Part shown: piece by piece, positions 1-8,475 of the stretch
How the letters are laid out: each line of letters starts with the position of its first letter
Numbering within the stretch: the stretch's first letter is position 1
Source of the DNA: Candidatus Binatia bacterium
Lineage (GTDB): Bacteria > Desulfobacterota > Binatia > Bin18
Assembly: GCA_963666315.2 (NCBI GenBank)
Contig: CAXXHG010000002.1
Span: 1 to 19,312, forward strand
DNA length: 19,312 bases
Reading direction: 5' to 3'
Translations under genes and position numbers: made by a program
Notes under the pieces: generated by a model
Told to the model about the DNA's origin: nothing
Database searches by the model: none
Seen by the model: only the letters and a program-made list of their open reading frames with translations

Positions 1-2
1 TT

Positions 3-566
3 ATGGATGGCGGCCATGAGGTCAACGAAGTGTTCTTTGACGATGTGCGCGTCCCGGCCAAGAATCTCGTCCACAAAGAAGATGACGGCTGGACCGTTGC
101 CAAATATCTTCTCGGCCATGAGCGACTCGGCACCGGGAACACTGGCGCGTCAAAGCGAGAAGTGCTGCGGTTGAAAGAGCTGGCGACACAGCAGCTCAAA
201 AACGGTACCCCTCTCATTGAAGATGCGCGTTTCCGCGACCGGCTGTCCCGGGTGGAAGTCGAGCTTATGGCTTTGGAGATCACCAATCTCCGTTTTCTGG
301 ATCAGATGCGGGGCGGGAGAGCGCCGGGCGCGGAAGTGTCGTTGCTCAAGATTCGAGGGACGGAAATCCAACAGGCGCTCACGGAGCTGATGCTGGAAGC
401 GGTCGGGCCGTTCGCGCAGCCGTTTCGGTCGCTGCACGCCACGGATTTTGACCAGCGCACAGCCAATATCGCCCCGCGCTACTGCAATTACCGCAAGACC
501 TCAATCTATGCAGGTTCCAATGAGATCCAGCGCAATATCATTTCCAAGGCGTCACTTGGTCTGTAA
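3..566 (+). CDS. pimC: Acyl-CoA dehydrogenase, PimC-like large subunit (5' partial; begins before the window)
   Basis: ACAD motifs EVNEVFFDDVRVP, GWTVAKYLLGHER and C-terminal SIYAGSNEIQRNII; followed by a second ACAD, as in pimCD. Confidence 0.8.
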   Translation: MDGGHEVNEVFFDDVRVPAKNLVHKEDDGWTVAKYLLGHERLGTGNTGASKREVLRLKELATQQLKNGTPLIEDARFRDRLSRVEVELMALEITNLRFLDQMRGGRAPGAEVSLLKIRGTEIQQALTELMLEAVGPFAQPFRSLHATDFDQRTANIAPRYCNYRKTSIYAGSNEIQRNIISKASLGL

Positions 567-593
567 ACCGAGTCTGTAAACTGGCTTGTAAAC
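559..593 (+). repeat. Three short direct repeats (TGTAAAC core) starting at the stop codon
   Basis: gtctgtaaac 559-568, gtctgtaaac 572-581, cttgtaaac 585-593; period 13 then 12 nt. Confidence 0.7.
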
Positions 594-606
594 AGGAGAC
601 CGCAGC

Positions 607-1740
607 GTGAATTTCGACTACAGCGAAGAACAACAACTGCTGACGCACAGCGTCCGGCAATTCCTGACCAAAGAATACACCTTTGCCGCTCGCAGCGAGA
701 TCATCGAGTCCGACCAGGGCTATAGTGAGCACGTCTGGGCAACGTTCGCCGAGATGGGCCTGCTGGGTCTGCCCTTTGCGAGTGAGGTGGGTGGCTTTGG
801 TGGCACTGCGGTAGACCTGATGCCGGTCATGGAAGCGATTGGCGACGGACTCATTGTCGAGCCCTATCTGGCCAGCGTTGGTCTGGGTGGACAGCTCATT
901 GCCAGGGGCGGCAGTCCGGCCCAGCGGCAAGAGCTTCTACCGGCTCTCATCGCAGGTCAGTGCAAGTTGGCGTTCGCCCAAACCGAACGCGAGGCGCGCT
1001 ATAATCTTACCCATGTCGCCTGTCGGGCGGAGAAGACCGATAACGGCTATACGCTTGAGGGCGAGAAATGTGTCGTCCTGCACGCGCCCTGCGCCGATAA
1101 ACTCATTGTATCGGCGCGCACTGCAGGTCAGACTACCGACACGGACGGCATCAGCCTGTTCGTGCTAGACGCCAGCGCACCGGGTGTGACGCTCACGTCC
1201 TATCGCACGATTGATAATTTGCGCGCCGCGGATGTGCGTTTTGCCGGGACGGTTGTTCCCGCCAATGCGCTGCTAGGCCAGGAAGGCCAGGCCCTACCAC
1301 TGATCGAAGAAGTGGTGGACTATGCGACTGCCTTAGTCTGCGCCGAGGCGGTTGGGGCCATGCAGTTTGCGAATGACACGACGCTTGAATACCTCAAAAC
1401 TCGGAAGCAATTCGGAGTGCCGATTGGTTCGTTTCAGGCCCTGCAACACCGCATGGTGGATATGACGATCATCCACGAGCAGGCCAAATCCATGGCCTGT
1501 CTGGCCTGTGTGAAGGCCGACAGCGCAGATGCCGACGAACGCCGTCGGGTCATATCCGCGGCAAAAATCCATATTGCAGACTCGTGCCGTCAGGTCAGCC
1601 AGGAAGCCGTTCAGTTGCACGGCGGCATGGGCATGACTGAGGAACTGAAGGTCAGCCACACTTTTCGCCGGCTGACCATGATCGCCCAGACCTTTGGCGA
1701 CGCGGATCACCATTTGGAACGTTTTGCCGCGTGCGGATAA
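607..1740 (+). CDS. pimD: Acyl-CoA dehydrogenase, PimD-like small subunit
   Basis: MNFDYSEEQQLL start (GTG, RBS AGGAG), RKQFGVPIGSFQALQHR, QLHGGMGMTEE; C-terminal QTFGD typical of the non-catalytic partner in heteromeric ACADs. Confidence 0.8.
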   Translation: MNFDYSEEQQLLTHSVRQFLTKEYTFAARSEIIESDQGYSEHVWATFAEMGLLGLPFASEVGGFGGTAVDLMPVMEAIGDGLIVEPYLASVGLGGQLIARGGSPAQRQELLPALIAGQCKLAFAQTEREARYNLTHVACRAEKTDNGYTLEGEKCVVLHAPCADKLIVSARTAGQTTDTDGISLFVLDASAPGVTLTSYRTIDNLRAADVRFAGTVVPANALLGQEGQALPLIEEVVDYATALVCAEAVGAMQFANDTTLEYLKTRKQFGVPIGSFQALQHRMVDMTIIHEQAKSMACLACVKADSADADERRRVISAAKIHIADSCRQVSQEAVQLHGGMGMTEELKVSHTFRRLTMIAQTFGDADHHLERFAACG

Positions 1741-1759
1741 AGGGGAAGGGGTTGTCCTG

Positions 1760-3022
1760 TTAAGCAACCGACAACGACGGTCGGTTGTTCAATGTGTCCG
1801 GGTCGAAGCCGGCCGTGCGTTTATACGAACGGGAGATGTCTTCCAATTCTTGTTGGCTGATTACCTCGTCAAGATTGGTAAAACCGTCCGGGGCGCGTTG
1901 CTCGACAAGCTCCATGCACTGTTCCGGTCCGACCTTCCGATTGGCCTGCACAACTGCTGCCGTAGCCGGGCGACGCTCGGCATCATAGGCTGTCACGGCG
2001 TGCTCAATTGAGGACTGAAGCGCGAGTTGCCGGGCCAATACGCGCGCGTCAATAATGGCCTGGGAGGCGCCGTTCGAGCCGACCGGATACATGGGATGGG
2101 CCGCGTCGCCCAGCAGCGTCACCCGCCCGAAGTCCCAGGTCGGCAGCGGGTCGCGATCGACCATCGGATATTGGTAAATCGTCTCAGCCTGCCGCATCAG
2201 CGCCGGCACATCGAGAAAATCAAAGGTAAACGAAGTGAAGGGAGCCAAGGCTTCTTCGAGACGCGCCGTGTGTGCCCAGTCTTGCAGGGGCATGGGTTGA
2301 TCGTCAGCGACCTTGAATTCCGCCACCCAGTTGATGAGCGCCCGGCCCTGGTCTGCGTGGCGTTTTGAAATCGGATAGACAACCACCCGCCGCTGAAAAT
2401 AACCGGCCATCAGCATCGTGCGGCCCGACAGAAACGGCTCTCCCACGGTCACCCCACGCCACATCGTAATCCCGTTCCACTTGGGCGGACCTTCGTCAGG
2501 GTAGAGTTGCTGACGGACGACCGAGTGGACGCCGTCACACGCCACAAGCAGGTCGGCCTCGATACGTCGCGCGGATGTCTTCCGGGCTCTATCGACGAAC
2601 TCGCCCCAGACCCTTCCCCCTGCCTGCCCGAAGCGGACTAAATGGTGGCCGGTGTGGACCCGTGTCTGGCCGAGCCGCTCCAATACGGCCTGGTGGAGCA
2701 CTTGCAGCAGCTCGCCGCGATGAATCGAGAACTGGGGCCAGTGATAGCCCGCGGTGCGGCCGCGAGGCTCGCCCCAGATGCGCTGGCCGTGTTTGGAGTA
2801 GAAGACCAACTCGCCGGTGGGAATGCCAACCGCGGCGAGATCATCCAGCAGGCCGAGTTCGGTCAGCTCGCGAACCGCGTGGGGTAGCACGTTGATGCCG
2901 ACTCCCAACTCACTGATAGTGTGAGTGGATTCATACACCTCCACATCGGCGAGGCCGGCGTCATGTAGCGATAGGGCCAGCGTCATGCCGCCGATACCCC
3001 CACCGATAATGGCGATTTTCAC
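1760..3022 (-). CDS. FAD-dependent monooxygenase (group A flavoprotein hydroxylase, salicylate hydroxylase/PhzS-like)
   Basis: GxGxxG (IIGGGIGG), DG motif (ACDGVHS), GD motif (LLGDAAHPMYP). Start reassigned to GTG at 3022, preceded by GGAGA. Confidence 0.9.
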   Translation of the reverse strand: MKIAIIGGGIGGMTLALSLHDAGLADVEVYESTHTISELGVGINVLPHAVRELTELGLLDDLAAVGIPTGELVFYSKHGQRIWGEPRGRTAGYHWPQFSIHRGELLQVLHQAVLERLGQTRVHTGHHLVRFGQAGGRVWGEFVDRARKTSARRIEADLLVACDGVHSVVRQQLYPDEGPPKWNGITMWRGVTVGEPFLSGRTMLMAGYFQRRVVVYPISKRHADQGRALINWVAEFKVADDQPMPLQDWAHTARLEEALAPFTSFTFDFLDVPALMRQAETIYQYPMVDRDPLPTWDFGRVTLLGDAAHPMYPVGSNGASQAIIDARVLARQLALQSSIEHAVTAYDAERRPATAAVVQANRKVGPEQCMELVEQRAPDGFTNLDEVISQQELEDISRSYKRTAGFDPDTLNNRPSLSVA

Positions 3023-3078
3023 AATGCGTCTCCCAAACTGAGCGGACCCTAGCGCAAATGACGATGCTGTGTAGCCGC

Positions 3079-3158
3079 CCGTCATTCCTGCGGAAGCAGG
3101 AATCCAGGTTCCCAGTCCCCTCCGCCCGCTGGATGCCGGATCACGTCCGGCATGACGG
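3079..3158. repeat. REP/RIME-like palindromic intergenic element
   Basis: ccgtcATTCCTGC-ggaa-GCAGGAAT hairpin, then ATGCCGGA-tcacg-TCCGGCATgacgg hairpin; outer CCGTCAT/ATGACGG and inner ATCCAG/CTGGAT inverted pairs. Confidence 0.8.
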
Positions 3159-3195
3159 CAGCCCTCTGCACGGCTAGAGCTTATCGTAAAACGCT

Positions 3196-4251
3196 CTAGA
3201 CATCGCGCACGTGCGGCAACACTTCCTTGCCAAAACGTTCCAGCGAGCGCAGCACCTTGTCGTGCGCCATGCCGCCGAAGTTGACCTCAAACAGCATATA
3301 GGTCAGGCCCAAGCCTGCCTTGATGTTCTTGATGCGTTGAACACAGCGCTCGGGACTGCCGAAGATTAGTCCATCGCCTTTGTCCATAACGTCGTAGTTG
3401 AGTTGAGAGAAGATATCGCCGAGCCCTTTGCCATAGGCTTTGTAGTCTGTCGACTGCCACGGCTTATCCAGGCTGGCGAAGAATTTGAGATACCGGTCTA
3501 ACTCTGTTTCGGCTTCACGACGTGCCTGAGCATCGTCTTCGGCTACATACAGATGGTAGGCGCCCTGCACTTCTCTTTGAGCCGGATCGTGCCCGTTGTC
3601 AATTAAGGTTTGGCGATACAAATCGACACGCTCGCGGAGCGGTCCAAAGGTTGGATAGGCGAATGGGACAAGCATGACGTTATAGCCCCGCTCGCCCGTC
3701 CAGATGAACGACTCTTGTGAGGCCACGGCGGCAGCCCAGATGGGCGGGTGGGGTTGCTGAACCGGCTTGGGCAGAGTTTTGACATGATCGATGTTGAAGT
3801 AGGTGCCCGTACACGTGACTTCGTCTTGGGTCCAGGCTTGGAGGATAATATCGAGCGCCTCGTGGTAGCGGCCCAGGCTGTCGTCCGGATTAATCCCGAA
3901 CAGGTCATACTCGCGGCGCAGGATGCCGCGGCCGATACCGAAATCGAGCCGTCCGTCGCTGAGGACATCCAGCATCGCATATTCCTCGGCCGTCTTGATC
4001 GGATTGGTCAGCGGCAACAGCGTCACCCCGGTGCCAAAGCGGACGCGCTTCGTTCGCTGGGCAACCGCGGCGGCAAAGATCGGCGGCGAGGGAAACGCAT
4101 AGCCGCCGACGTAGTGCTCCGCAAACCAGATGCTATCCAGACCGATTTCTTCACACAGGTCGATCTGCTCCAGCATTTCGCCGTAGTAATGGCTGGACGA
4201 TTTGTGGCGCTCTTCGTAATAGTCGGGAATATACAACACTCCGAATTTCAT
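3196..4251 (-). CDS. LLM-class (luciferase-like) flavin-dependent oxidoreductase
   Basis: WFAEHY, AEEYAMLDVLSDGRLDFGIGRG, PKPVQQPHPPIW; RBS AGGAGG. Confidence 0.92.
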   Translation of the reverse strand: MKFGVLYIPDYYEERHKSSSHYYGEMLEQIDLCEEIGLDSIWFAEHYVGGYAFPSPPIFAAAVAQRTKRVRFGTGVTLLPLTNPIKTAEEYAMLDVLSDGRLDFGIGRGILRREYDLFGINPDDSLGRYHEALDIILQAWTQDEVTCTGTYFNIDHVKTLPKPVQQPHPPIWAAAVASQESFIWTGERGYNVMLVPFAYPTFGPLRERVDLYRQTLIDNGHDPAQREVQGAYHLYVAEDDAQARREAETELDRYLKFFASLDKPWQSTDYKAYGKGLGDIFSQLNYDVMDKGDGLIFGSPERCVQRIKNIKAGLGLTYMLFEVNFGGMAHDKVLRSLERFGKEVLPHVRDV

Positions 4252-4278
4252 GCTGTCCTCCTTTTGATTACATATTGA

Positions 4279-5268
4279 TTACATATCAATCGGATAGGGC
4301 GAGAGCTCTCCGCTATCGTATTTTTCAGGCAGACCCGGCGTCGCGTTTTCCCAGACCAGCAGCATGGCCCGCTTGGGCGAAAAGCCCTGGTGCCGGATAT
4401 CGGCCGGCATGGCAGCCACATCGCCGGGGTTCATGACAACTCTGGCCCGAGGCCGCCCGGTTTCCTTGTCGCTCACCTGCCAGGTGATTTGATCGCTGAC
4501 TTGGATAAACCATTCCACCCGATCATTACCGTGAATGACGGGCAAGGCGTGTTCCTCTGTGGTCGGGCAAAACAGGCTGTTGCGACACACGGAAACAACG
4601 GAAGGATTCCAGGTCACGTCAGAGCGGGATAGATACTTGAAGAGATTAATGGCGTGCACTTCGTTCTCAAAGCCCGGCTCGGCCTGAATCTCCGGTTCGT
4701 CCTGTTCGACATCGGCAAAGGCACGGTTGATCGGGTAGCCGTTTTCATCCGAGCGGAGCGAGGCATCGCCCGGCAAACCGGGCATACGCCGACACGTCTC
4801 CCGGTTGCGCTCAATGGCCGCGGTATTGCTCCCGTTCTTTTTGCCGAAGACGGTGGTGCCGGTTTCCACGGGCGCGGCAAACGGATCAAAGCCGGCATTC
4901 GTCCAATCGGTCAGCATGGCCTTGAAGGTTTCGAGAATCTCCGGCGTCTCAAAGGTCTCGACATAGTCGAGGCCGGAGTCATGATAGCCATCGTTATAGC
5001 GCCCGGCATACAGCTCTACGCTGCCATACCGATTGCGGGTGCCGAGTACCGCATCAAAATTGACCCAGCCGTAAAAGAACCCCCAGGCCACATCGCGCAC
5101 CAGGGCCCTGAGAAACGCGTCCGCCGGCATGGTGTGGGAGAGTTGCGTCTCTCTGGCCGGCCAGCCCGCGGTGACGAAATACTCGTCGCGTGAAAAAGAA
5201 AACCTGCCAAGTTCAAAACTCTTGTAGCCGGTCCGTTTGTCGGGTGCCGAGGCTTTAACATCGCTCAT
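4279..5268 (-). CDS. hapD: Hydroquinone 1,2-dioxygenase large subunit (HapD/PnpD/HqdB type)
   Basis: FLRALVRDVAWGFFYGWVNFD, SLFCPTTEE, PVIHGNDRVEWF and MPADIRHQG (His/Glu/His iron ligands). Start at 5268 with RBS AGGAG. Confidence 0.9.
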   Translation of the reverse strand: MSDVKASAPDKRTGYKSFELGRFSFSRDEYFVTAGWPARETQLSHTMPADAFLRALVRDVAWGFFYGWVNFDAVLGTRNRYGSVELYAGRYNDGYHDSGLDYVETFETPEILETFKAMLTDWTNAGFDPFAAPVETGTTVFGKKNGSNTAAIERNRETCRRMPGLPGDASLRSDENGYPINRAFADVEQDEPEIQAEPGFENEVHAINLFKYLSRSDVTWNPSVVSVCRNSLFCPTTEEHALPVIHGNDRVEWFIQVSDQITWQVSDKETGRPRARVVMNPGDVAAMPADIRHQGFSPKRAMLLVWENATPGLPEKYDSGELSPYPIDM

Positions 5269-5279
5269 GGTCTTTCTCC

Positions 5280-5780
5280 TTAGGCTGCGCAAATATCCGC
5301 CCATTTTTCGACTGTGAGCGGGCCTTGCAGCGTTTGCAGCAGAATAACACCCGGCTGTTCGGCAATAAACTGATAGGCCGCCCCTGCTGGGAGCAGGGCC
5401 TGATGTCCGCGCCGGAGTTTCATCCAGCCCATCTTTTTGCCGGTGGGCGGTCCGGGCAGGCGCACCGACCCTTGAGTGTCCTTTGACACAACGGAGTCCG
5501 GCGCGTCGAGTTTGACCAGATGGATCTCTACTTGTCCGTCCATCACCACCGCGAATTCATCGTGCGCCGCCGTAAACCAGTCCGAGCGGCCTTCGGCGCG
5601 CAGGACCTCGACCACGTACTCCATATTTTTCGCCACGGCTATTTTTTCATACGGCTGTGCGCCAGCGGCCACTTCAAAGACATTGGAAAAGGCATAATGC
5701 CGAGCCTTGTCATTAATAATTTCGACTCGGCCTTTCTCGTACCGTTCCAGCGAACCAAACACGGTCGTGTATTCCGACAT
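5280..5780 (-). CDS. hapC: Hydroquinone 1,2-dioxygenase small subunit (HapC/PnpC/HqdA type)
   Basis: YTTVFGSL..YEKG.VEII, HYAFSNVFEVA, AHDEF, GHQALLP, TVEKWADIC; directly upstream of the large subunit. Start at 5780 with RBS GGAGG. Confidence 0.9.
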   Translation of the reverse strand: MSEYTTVFGSLERYEKGRVEIINDKARHYAFSNVFEVAAGAQPYEKIAVAKNMEYVVEVLRAEGRSDWFTAAHDEFAVVMDGQVEIHLVKLDAPDSVVSKDTQGSVRLPGPPTGKKMGWMKLRRGHQALLPAGAAYQFIAEQPGVILLQTLQGPLTVEKWADICAA

Positions 5781-5814
5781 ACCGATCCCTCCCTCCATCG
5801 ACATATACCCTCTG

Positions 5815-6813
5815 TCAGCAGCGTTGTGCTACCGCAACCATGCGCGAGACTTTGCCAATCGCAATATCAGTGGTGCGGCGACCCAGGCCGCAGGACGGCG
5901 CAATCCACAGTCGGTCTGCGGCGACATATTTGAGCACTTCACGAATGCGCTCCTCAATCTGCGCGTTGGTCTCGACCGGCGCTTTGACATCAACAATACC
6001 GGCAATGACCTGCATGCCTGACGGAATATCGCGCAGACACGCCCGGTCGGCCCATTGGCCGGGGTGGGAGCATTCCAGGTGGACCTTATCAATCACGCCG
6101 GCCAGCCGCTCAATATAGGGCAGCAGGGCGTGCAGATTATGGGTGGTGACGGCCGACTGCGAGCCGAGGTCGCCCAGGCAACAGTGGATGGTCTTGAGCG
6201 CGTCCACTCCTTCAAAGCTGCGGGCAATCAAATCGGCCGCCTCTTCGGGAGTCAGGCGGCCCAGGACGGAGCGAATGGCGACCGTGGGAATATCCAGTTG
6301 GATCTCTCGGACTTTGGCCGCCGCGAGCCCGCGCAACTCCCGGTTCACGATCTCGATTGCCCGCGGAAGCTGCGCCCGGACCGCCTCCGTCCATTTGAGG
6401 TGTCCGAGCACTTCTAAAGGACCGGGGACGGCAACTTTATCCAGGCGCGGTTCAATGTGAGATTCGCGGCGGAAGGCATCGAGATAGCCCAGACCGCGGG
6501 GAGCCTCAATATCGCCGCTCAGTTCGTAGCGGGCCACATCCGTATACGTCCGTAATGCGTCGGCTTGCGGTTTCACCAGGCGGACCCCGGTGAGTTGGCG
6601 GGGGATGTGTTGAATGAAGACCTCAGCGAAAAACTCGCCACCCGTGAACTGAGTCACGCCGGTCGCCTGCTGCTCACGGATGGCCACTTCTGCCGCGCCG
6701 CTTAACGTCGGTCTGACGAGCATGTCTGGCAACTGTCCACGGTGATACTGTAACAAACGGTTACGGTACTGTTTAGGCAGAGGCCAACTTCCTACGACCG
6801 TTGTGCGGATCAT
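5815..6813 (-). CDS. Cobalamin-independent methionine synthase II family (single-barrel, MetE C-terminal-like) protein
   Basis: TTVVGSWP start, IQLDIP, Zn-type HxC (TIHCCLG), GIVDVK, APSCGL. ATG at 6813 overlaps the upstream TGA (ATGA). Confidence 0.85.
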   Translation of the reverse strand: MIRTTVVGSWPLPKQYRNRLLQYHRGQLPDMLVRPTLSGAAEVAIREQQATGVTQFTGGEFFAEVFIQHIPRQLTGVRLVKPQADALRTYTDVARYELSGDIEAPRGLGYLDAFRRESHIEPRLDKVAVPGPLEVLGHLKWTEAVRAQLPRAIEIVNRELRGLAAAKVREIQLDIPTVAIRSVLGRLTPEEAADLIARSFEGVDALKTIHCCLGDLGSQSAVTTHNLHALLPYIERLAGVIDKVHLECSHPGQWADRACLRDIPSGMQVIAGIVDVKAPVETNAQIEERIREVLKYVAADRLWIAPSCGLGRRTTDIAIGKVSRMVAVAQRC

Positions 6814-7220
6814 GGCAACTCCCGTCCTGCGCCATCGCCTTCCTGATATTCGTCCCAAGTCAGATTCGGGCCGTCGAGCAGAAGAGAACAACGATTCAAG
6901 ACATTCCGTCCAAGAATGCCGTAGTCCTGAGTAGTCAGAAGAAAGTTGCCACGAAAGACTTTCCCGATAAACCGTACTTCCAGACGGACTGCGGTCGCCA
7001 GGCTCTGCGTGCCGTCGAATCCTTCGAGTGCATACTGGCCGCGTTCGTCTTTTGGGTCGATGACAGACGCAATGGGAAGGCGAGGCAAAAGGGAAACGTC
7101 AGCACCACTATCAAGAAGTACCGGCACGCGGTGAATAGACGCTCCACTCCTGGGCGAATGGACCGTCACCAGGGCTAATGGTGCCGGTGGGTCAAACTGC
7201 GAGGCGTCATATTTTGGCAT
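6810..7220 (-). CDS. Retropepsin-like (clan AA) single-domain aspartic protease
   Basis: LLDSGADVSLLP catalytic motif and ILGRNVL motif; 136 aa. Confidence 0.85.
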   Translation of the reverse strand: MPKYDASQFDPPAPLALVTVHSPRSGASIHRVPVLLDSGADVSLLPRLPIASVIDPKDERGQYALEGFDGTQSLATAVRLEVRFIGKVFRGNFLLTTQDYGILGRNVLNRCSLLLDGPNLTWDEYQEGDGAGRELP

Positions 7221-7419
7221 CGCTCACATCTTCGACTTCCATCTCGAAATGTTGAGCCTGTTCCGGATGAACGAGACGAGGGCTGTGGATGCTTGCGGGT
7301 GGGCGGGTGGCTTCCTCGTGTACCGTCAGCCACACGCAGCAGTTTCCCGGCAAATGTATGCCCGCAGGCAGCACGACTTGGCCATTTGCTATAGTGCACT
7401 CATAGATTTTGTCAGCCAT
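7207..7419 (-). CDS. Small hypothetical protein; N-terminus resembles AF2212/AbrB-like swapped-hairpin antitoxins
   Basis: 70 aa, YECTIANGQVVLPAGIHLPGN..VWLTV pattern; overlaps the protease start by 14 nt; TATAAT on the minus strand at 7455-7460. Confidence 0.65.
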   Translation of the reverse strand: MADKIYECTIANGQVVLPAGIHLPGNCCVWLTVHEEATRPPASIHSPRLVHPEQAQHFEMEVEDVSDAKI

Positions 7420-7454
7420 GACCTGAGCCTTCGTTCCAGTATTTCTCCGGCATC

Positions 7455-7460
7455 ATTATA
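7455..7460 (-). promoter_or_regulatory. Putative -10 box for the leftward operon
   Basis: Perfect TATAAT on the minus strand 35 nt upstream of ATG 7419; best -35 (TTGATC, 7476-7481) has only a 15-nt spacer. Confidence 0.45.
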
Positions 7461-7539
7461 GTGCTATCAGACAAAGATCAACGCGCTGCTATCAAAAGGG
7501 AGTAACCAGACAACCAACCTGTCACCAGAGGAGGGAAAT

Positions 7540-8445
7540 ATGATTCACGTCACAGAGCTCGGCTATATGGGGATTGGTGTCAAAGACCTCGACACCTGGA
7601 AGCATTTTGCGGCCAATATTATCGGTTGGGAAATTGTGGATGAAGGCGAAGACGACCGCTGCTACGCGCGCCTGGACTACTGGCATCATCGGATTGTCCT
7701 GCACGACGACCCCAGCGACGATCTGCGCTACCTGGGCTTTCGGGTTGCCGGGCCCGAGGAGTTCGGGCAGATGCAGCAGCAGTTGTCCGAGGCGGGCATC
7801 GCCTACCGCCTGGGATCGCCGGACGAGGCCGCCGAGCGCCGCGTGCTGGAGGTGTTGAAACTCGCCGACCCCAACGACAATCCGGTCGAGATTTTCCACG
7901 GCCCGCAGGTGCAGTTCAGCCAGCCTTTCTATCCCGGACGTCGCATGCACGGGCGGTTCAAGACCGGCGTGGGCGGATTGGGACACTGTATTGTCGGCCA
8001 ACAGGATACGGATGCGGCCTATCGCTTTTATCGTGCCCTGGGCATGCGCGGCAGCGTGGAATACAAGATTCACAGGGGCAAGCAGGTCATCGCGCCAGTT
8101 TTTATGCACTGCAATGAGCGTGACCATTCCGTGGCCTTTGGCATCGGCCCATCCGAGCAGCGCCTGAATCACATTATGGTCGAGGTGGACAATCTGGACG
8201 ACGTGGGCCTGACCTACGAGATTGTTCGTGAGCATAAGGTGCCGGTTGCTATCACCCCCGGCAAACACTCCAACGACCATATGTATTCCTTCTACTTCCG
8301 CACGCCCTCGGGCTGGCTGATCGAGTATGGCTGGGGCGGACGACCCGCGACGCATCAGTCCGAATACTACGTGCGTGACGTGTATGGTCATGCGCCCGAA
8401 GAGGGCGGTTTTGACGCACGGAGCGAATCCCGCAAGGCCGGGTAA
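7540..8445 (+). CDS. nahC: Type I extradiol ring-cleavage dioxygenase, NahC/BphC-like (VOC fold)
   Basis: ELGYMGIGVKD, RLDYWHHRIVLH, GLGHCIV, FMHCNERDHS, RLNHIM, TPSGWLIEYGW (His/His/Glu Fe ligands); closely resembles 1,2-dihydroxynaphthalene dioxygenase as recalled. Confidence 0.85.
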   Translation: MIHVTELGYMGIGVKDLDTWKHFAANIIGWEIVDEGEDDRCYARLDYWHHRIVLHDDPSDDLRYLGFRVAGPEEFGQMQQQLSEAGIAYRLGSPDEAAERRVLEVLKLADPNDNPVEIFHGPQVQFSQPFYPGRRMHGRFKTGVGGLGHCIVGQQDTDAAYRFYRALGMRGSVEYKIHRGKQVIAPVFMHCNERDHSVAFGIGPSEQRLNHIMVEVDNLDDVGLTYEIVREHKVPVAITPGKHSNDHMYSFYFRTPSGWLIEYGWGGRPATHQSEYYVRDVYGHAPEEGGFDARSESRKAG

Positions 8446-8475
8446 ACGTGGCGGCGCAGAGAGAGGAGGCCGGGC

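Noticed and set aside
3023-3085. N-terminal extension of the FAD monooxygenase
   Set aside because: The ATG lies inside a repeat; the Rossmann motif and RBS point to GTG at 3022.
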